Part shown: positions 59,967-64,000 of the stretch, in pieces | Layout of the letters: each line of letters starts with the position of its first letter | Position numbering within the stretch: position 1 is the stretch's first letter | Source of the DNA: Sarea resinae | Taxonomy: Eukaryota | DNA: 64,000 bases | NCBI GenBank assembly: GCA_026026165.1 | Contig: JAPEUD010000034.1 | Location: forward strand, 1 to 64,000 | Reading direction: 5' to 3' | Made by a program: the position numbers and the translations under genes | The notes under the pieces: generated by a model | The model's input: the letters and a program-made list of their open reading frames with translations, nothing else | Databases searched by the model: none | Told to the model about the DNA's origin: nothing

Positions 59967-62804
59967 TCAGAAGAGATCGTCATCATCACCACCCATGGGG
60001 ACGTCGCCGTCGCCGTCGCCTGCTTCGATGAATACGAGCCGTGTGCCCTCGGCTGCTGTTTGCCAGACCTGTTGTAGGCAGTCGCCGGATTAGCTTTTTT
60101 GTATGACGGGACTGATCGAACGGAGGGACGGAAAGGAAGGGAAGAAGAGAAAGTTGGGTAAGTTGGGAGATGGCAAATAGGTAGGCCGGTAGATAAGAAG
60201 GCAGGAAAATAAAAGGTAAGTAGGTAGGTAGGTCGGTCGTGGGATAAAAAGGCAGGGAGATAAAAGGTAAGAGACTCACATCCAACATAGCATACTCGTC
60301 GATAGCTTGAATTAACTGATCATCGGTGAAGCCCTTGGCAAGCACGCGCTCCCTAACCCGCCGCATACTCAGCTCGCCCGCCGCCTCGTCCTCGCCCACG
60401 GCCCCGGCGCCCGAGTCGCGCATCGCGCGGATGAGATGGTAGATCTTGCTGCTGGGGCTCTGGTCGGCCTGGCCAGCGCCGCCGCCACGGCCATCGCGGT
60501 ACAGGCTGGCCTTGCTGACCTCGACCAGCCGCAGCGCCTCGTCGACGTCGTCCGTCTCGACGAGGTTGCTGAAGCGCAGCCGGGCGAGCGCCGAGGCCAG
60601 CCGCAGGATGCCCAGGAGCGTGCGCGGTGACGTGTGCGTGAAGGCTTTCTTCGACCCCTCGTCCCGCTTCTGCTGCTGTCGCATCCGCACGTACGCGCCC
60701 ACCATGTAGTCCGAGACCTGCTTCGGCACCGTGGGACGCCAGGTGCGCGCGCGCGCAATGTATTGCCGTACTTCGTGCGGCGAGAAGATGATGCCCTCGC
60801 TCTCCGGGTGTTTGTTCGTCATGTGCACCTGCGTGACGTGTTTGGCGAGTTCTTCGTCGGCGTCGCGGTCGGGCGTGTCAAGGATGAGGAAGAGGACGTC
60901 GAAGCGGGAGAGCAGGGCGGCGGGCAGGTTGATGTTCTCGACGGGCGACACGCGTGGGTTGTAGCGGCCGTAGAGCGGGTTGGCGGCTGCAAGGATCGAA
61001 GTGCGCGCGTTGAGCGTCGTGCTGATGCCGGCTTTGCTGATCGAGATGGTCTGCTGTTCCATGACTTCGTGGATGGCCGTGCGGTCGCCGTCGTCCATCT
61101 TGTCGAACTCGTCGATGCAGCAGATACCGTTGTCGGCGAGGACTAAAGCACCGCCTTCAAGCACCATCTCGTCCGTGACGGGATCGCGCATTACAGCTGC
61201 CGTGAGGCCGACTCCGGAACTGCCGCGACCCGTGGTATAGACGCCGCGGGGGGCCACTTTGGTGATATATTTGAGGAGCTGCGATTTGGCGACACCGGGA
61301 TCACCCATGAGGCAGATGTTGATGTCACCACGGATGCGCATGCCGTCGCCCATTTCCTTTGTGGGACTACCAATCAGCAGGAGGAGGAGCGCCTTTTTGA
61401 CATCAAGGTGGCCATAGATTTCGGGGGCGATAGACCGAGAAAGGTAATCATACATGCGACCAGAATCTTTGTATTGTTCTATCCGGCGGGATGTCCGGGC
61501 GTCGATGAGCATCTCGTCGTAAGCTGTCTTGTGCTGGTAGACGAATTGAGCTTCGAGGTAGGTATCCGTCAAGAGACCAGCTCGTATCGCTTTGAAGCCT
61601 GTGTAAGGGGTTGGAAGAAATATTCCCGCAACGTCGACAATGTCTCCAGGATTTATCTGCCTGGTCAAGCTGCCGTAGCAGTGAATGGTGAGTGTGCGAG
61701 GAATGTGCCCAACCGGGACTTGGTCCGCCATCTCTTGGATCTTGACCTCCTGGAAGGGGAGAAATTTGGAAGCACGAGTGGATAGGAAGAGTTGGCCCTT
61801 GGAGTTGTTCTTCTCGCACTCTTCGGACGGACACTCCTGCATTGGTGTGAATTGCTTCGTGGTGATGGGCTGGAAGATCTCGCAACCACATCGATCACAC
61901 GTGTAGGCATTGACTTGGATGGAGGGTTTGACGTCTGAAACTCTAGTCGTAATACCTCGAACGGTAATTAGATGGCCTAGATGCTCGCCGCGCACATTTC
62001 GAACCGCAAGGGCTTTTTGATTGGCCTCGTCGCTCGAGCCAGAGGGCGTAACGGGCTTGAAGCTGAGATGGTATCGCCGTGTAAGTTCGGCAGGGAACAT
62101 TGAAGTTGGCAGTGACGTGTCCAGCTCGTTCTCGATGACTGAGGCCATGGTCTCATTCCGCTTCTCTCGTTGTGACATGATAATATCCAGAACATCATCT
62201 TTGAAACTGGTGGAGATTAGCAATGCGAACGAGAAGAAGAGAAAGTCGGCCACGTACGATATTTCCCTGCTCTCCTTTGGCATTACCTTGTCTACCGCTC
62301 TTGACATAATTTCGACGTAATGCTTTGCATTTCTCTCGATTGACGACACCAAGGTCGGGCCCTCGTTATCATCAAGACTCTTCTCAAACTGCCACGAGCT
62401 AGTCAGCATTCCTTTCCTCGACCTTTCCCAGCAATATAGCATACCTCCTGGAGATCGTCTAGCTCAATAATGATTTCCGAAGTCTCTCGATCGGCGACCT
62501 TCTGGAGCAGCTCCATGTACTTTCGCTTTGGATCTTTTGAGGCGGCTGCTCGGGACTGATTATCGCCTGACACCTCGTCCATAAAGTCATATTCGTCGCT
62601 CAAGTTGTCATCTTCAATGTGGAGGCCTTCGAAAGCGTTGGCGGCAGAGGAGGTCGTGTTGAAAGACTTGAAACTGGTCAGGAACTCCTCGAAGGCGGCT
62701 ACACGTCGCGGTTAGCTAAGGAGTACAGATTGCTGGTGAAGATGCATTAACTCACATTGCTGCGCATCGTAATCCGCCGGGGCTCTGTAAGTAGCAAGAT
62801 CCAT
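59967..62804 (-). CDS. MCM7: DNA replication licensing factor Mcm7, multi-exon
   Basis: [12 protein letters not shown] zinc finger; [46 protein letters not shown]; last exon [14 protein letters not shown]...DDDDLF*. Confidence 0.98.
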
Positions 62805-63038
62805 GATGCGCCCTTCTCAGCGTTGGCGGCCTCCGTGAGGATGGCTTTGCGCGTCCCTCTCTTTTTTGGATCAAACGTATGTTGATAGAATAAGATTGAT
62901 CGTGATCGTCTACTGTCAGTCGTCAGTCGTCTGTCGTTGCAATAGTATGGCGACGATCAAGGAGGGCGCATGGGATGTTTGACGTCGGAGGTTGGAGTTT
63001 GAGGAATTTAGCGATTCGGCGGCGCTTGAACGTCGAAG

Positions 63039-63081
63039 ACGCGCCGAACGCGATCAATGAATGAAGGGAGACGCGTCGCGA
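63039..63081. promoter_or_regulatory. Cluster of MCB-like elements in the MCM7/PEX1 divergent promoter
   Basis: ACGCGT at 63071-63076 plus ACGCGC (63039), ACGCGA (63048) and TCGCGA (63076). Confidence 0.6.
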
Positions 63082-63154
63082 GTATGACTAAGCGCAAGCA
63101 TGACTCAGCGGCAGCTGAATGCGGGGAGAGCTACTGCGCAGTCCCCGGAAGATG

Positions 63155-63160
63155 CCTCGG
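63155..63160 (+). promoter_or_regulatory. CCTCGG FarA/FarB-type element upstream of PEX1
   Basis: CCTCGG ~200 nt upstream of a peroxin ATG; a 6-mer, so a chance match is possible. Confidence 0.4.
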
Positions 63161-63354
63161 CCCGTGATGGATTGGCATTCAGATTGACAGTCCACATCGA
63201 TGATTCGCATTCTTTTACGCTCGCCGTGAAGATAGCACTTGTGGCCGCAGATGACTTTCATCTCAAGCGCTTTCTGGCAACGGAGATGACCTGAAGGAGC
63301 TTGAGCTGCTGTTCGGACTGATTTGCCAGATTCCCGGGCACTTGGCCTTCAACC

Positions 63355-64000
63355 ATGGCTCCAGCTCCCGCCCGGCGGAGGTCTAGCTCTGGTGGCTCTG
63401 CTACTCAGGCGGAGGTCTCCTTGGTATCTCTTAAAAACTGTCTGGTCAATCTCCCGTCTTCGCTGGTGTCGATACTCGTCAACTCCAACACGGCTGTTCA
63501 GGATGTGATCGTCGAGCTCACCTATCGCCAAAACGCCCCCTCAACTCCGACCGGCACGAATGGCGCACCGGAGATCAGGTCTATCTTTGTCGGATGGACG
63601 GGCATGCCCAGCAAACGCAGGCTTGCTCCGGTGGTCGGAAGGGATGGCATCAGCGGGACTCGGGCCGCGGCTGCGAGAGAACAAGAGATAGCTACTGTGG
63701 AGGTCGATGCAACTTTTGGCAGGTCACTCGATCTAGCTGAAGGCCAAAGGATTGGCATTCTTCTTCATCTGGATCCGCCACTCGCCCATACGATACATAT
63801 TGAACCGGTCACGCCAGCGGATTGGGAAATCATCGAGCTTCATGCGACTTTCTTAGAACTTCACCTTCTTTCTCAGATTCGAGCACTACCAAATCCATCC
63901 TTTAACCCTGCATCTAAAGAGCAGATTCGGACTGGACATCTGCTCACGCTCCATCTCTCTCCAACCTCGACTGCCAACATCACAGTCACCTCTCTTGTGC
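63355..64000 (+). CDS. PEX1: Peroxisomal AAA ATPase Pex1, 5' part (runs off the window)
   Basis: AEVSLVSLKNCLVNLPSSLV...IFVGWTGMPSKR...IHIEPVTPADWEIIELHATFLELHLLSQIRALP (Pex1 N-domains). Confidence 0.93.
   Translation, partial: MAPAPARRRSSSGGSATQAEVSLVSLKNCLVNLPSSLVSILVNSNTAVQDVIVELTYRQNAPSTPTGTNGAPEIRSIFVGWTGMPSKRRLAPVVGRDGISGTRAAAAREQEIATVEVDATFGRSLDLAEGQRIGILLHLDPPLAHTIHIEPVTPADWEIIELHATFLELHLLSQIRALPNPSFNPASKEQIRTGHLLTLHLSPTSTANITVTSLV

Overview
Eukaryotic genomic DNA from a filamentous ascomycete (Pezizomycotina-type genes, short GT-AG introns with CTAAC/CTGAC branch points); the species cannot be determined from the sequence. About 21 protein-coding genes can be modelled, mostly housekeeping: CAP/PR-1 protein, FMN-binding split-barrel protein, MUP1-like permease, securin, tropomyosin, RRP17, BIG1/VOA1-like, FCF1, CSI2-like, RCY1, BET2, a RhoGAP, RRS1, RSM23/DAP3, MCM7 and the 5' part of PEX1. 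An accessory block at about 7-25 kb interrupts them. It starts with an intact intronless kinase-like gene and a divergent small Cys/His-rich ORF, then becomes a ~14 kb mosaic of stop-ridden, RIP-like fragments (Ty3/gypsy pol, class-III aminotransferase, Upf1/DNA2-like SF1 helicase, F-box gene, coiled-coil pieces). A second RIP-like AT-rich island lies at 43.8-45.2 kb, and a ~100 bp TG...CA-bounded element occurs at the edge of both regions. No tRNA, rRNA, CRISPR array or intact transposase/recombinase was recognised. All family calls come from motif recognition by eye; no searches were run.
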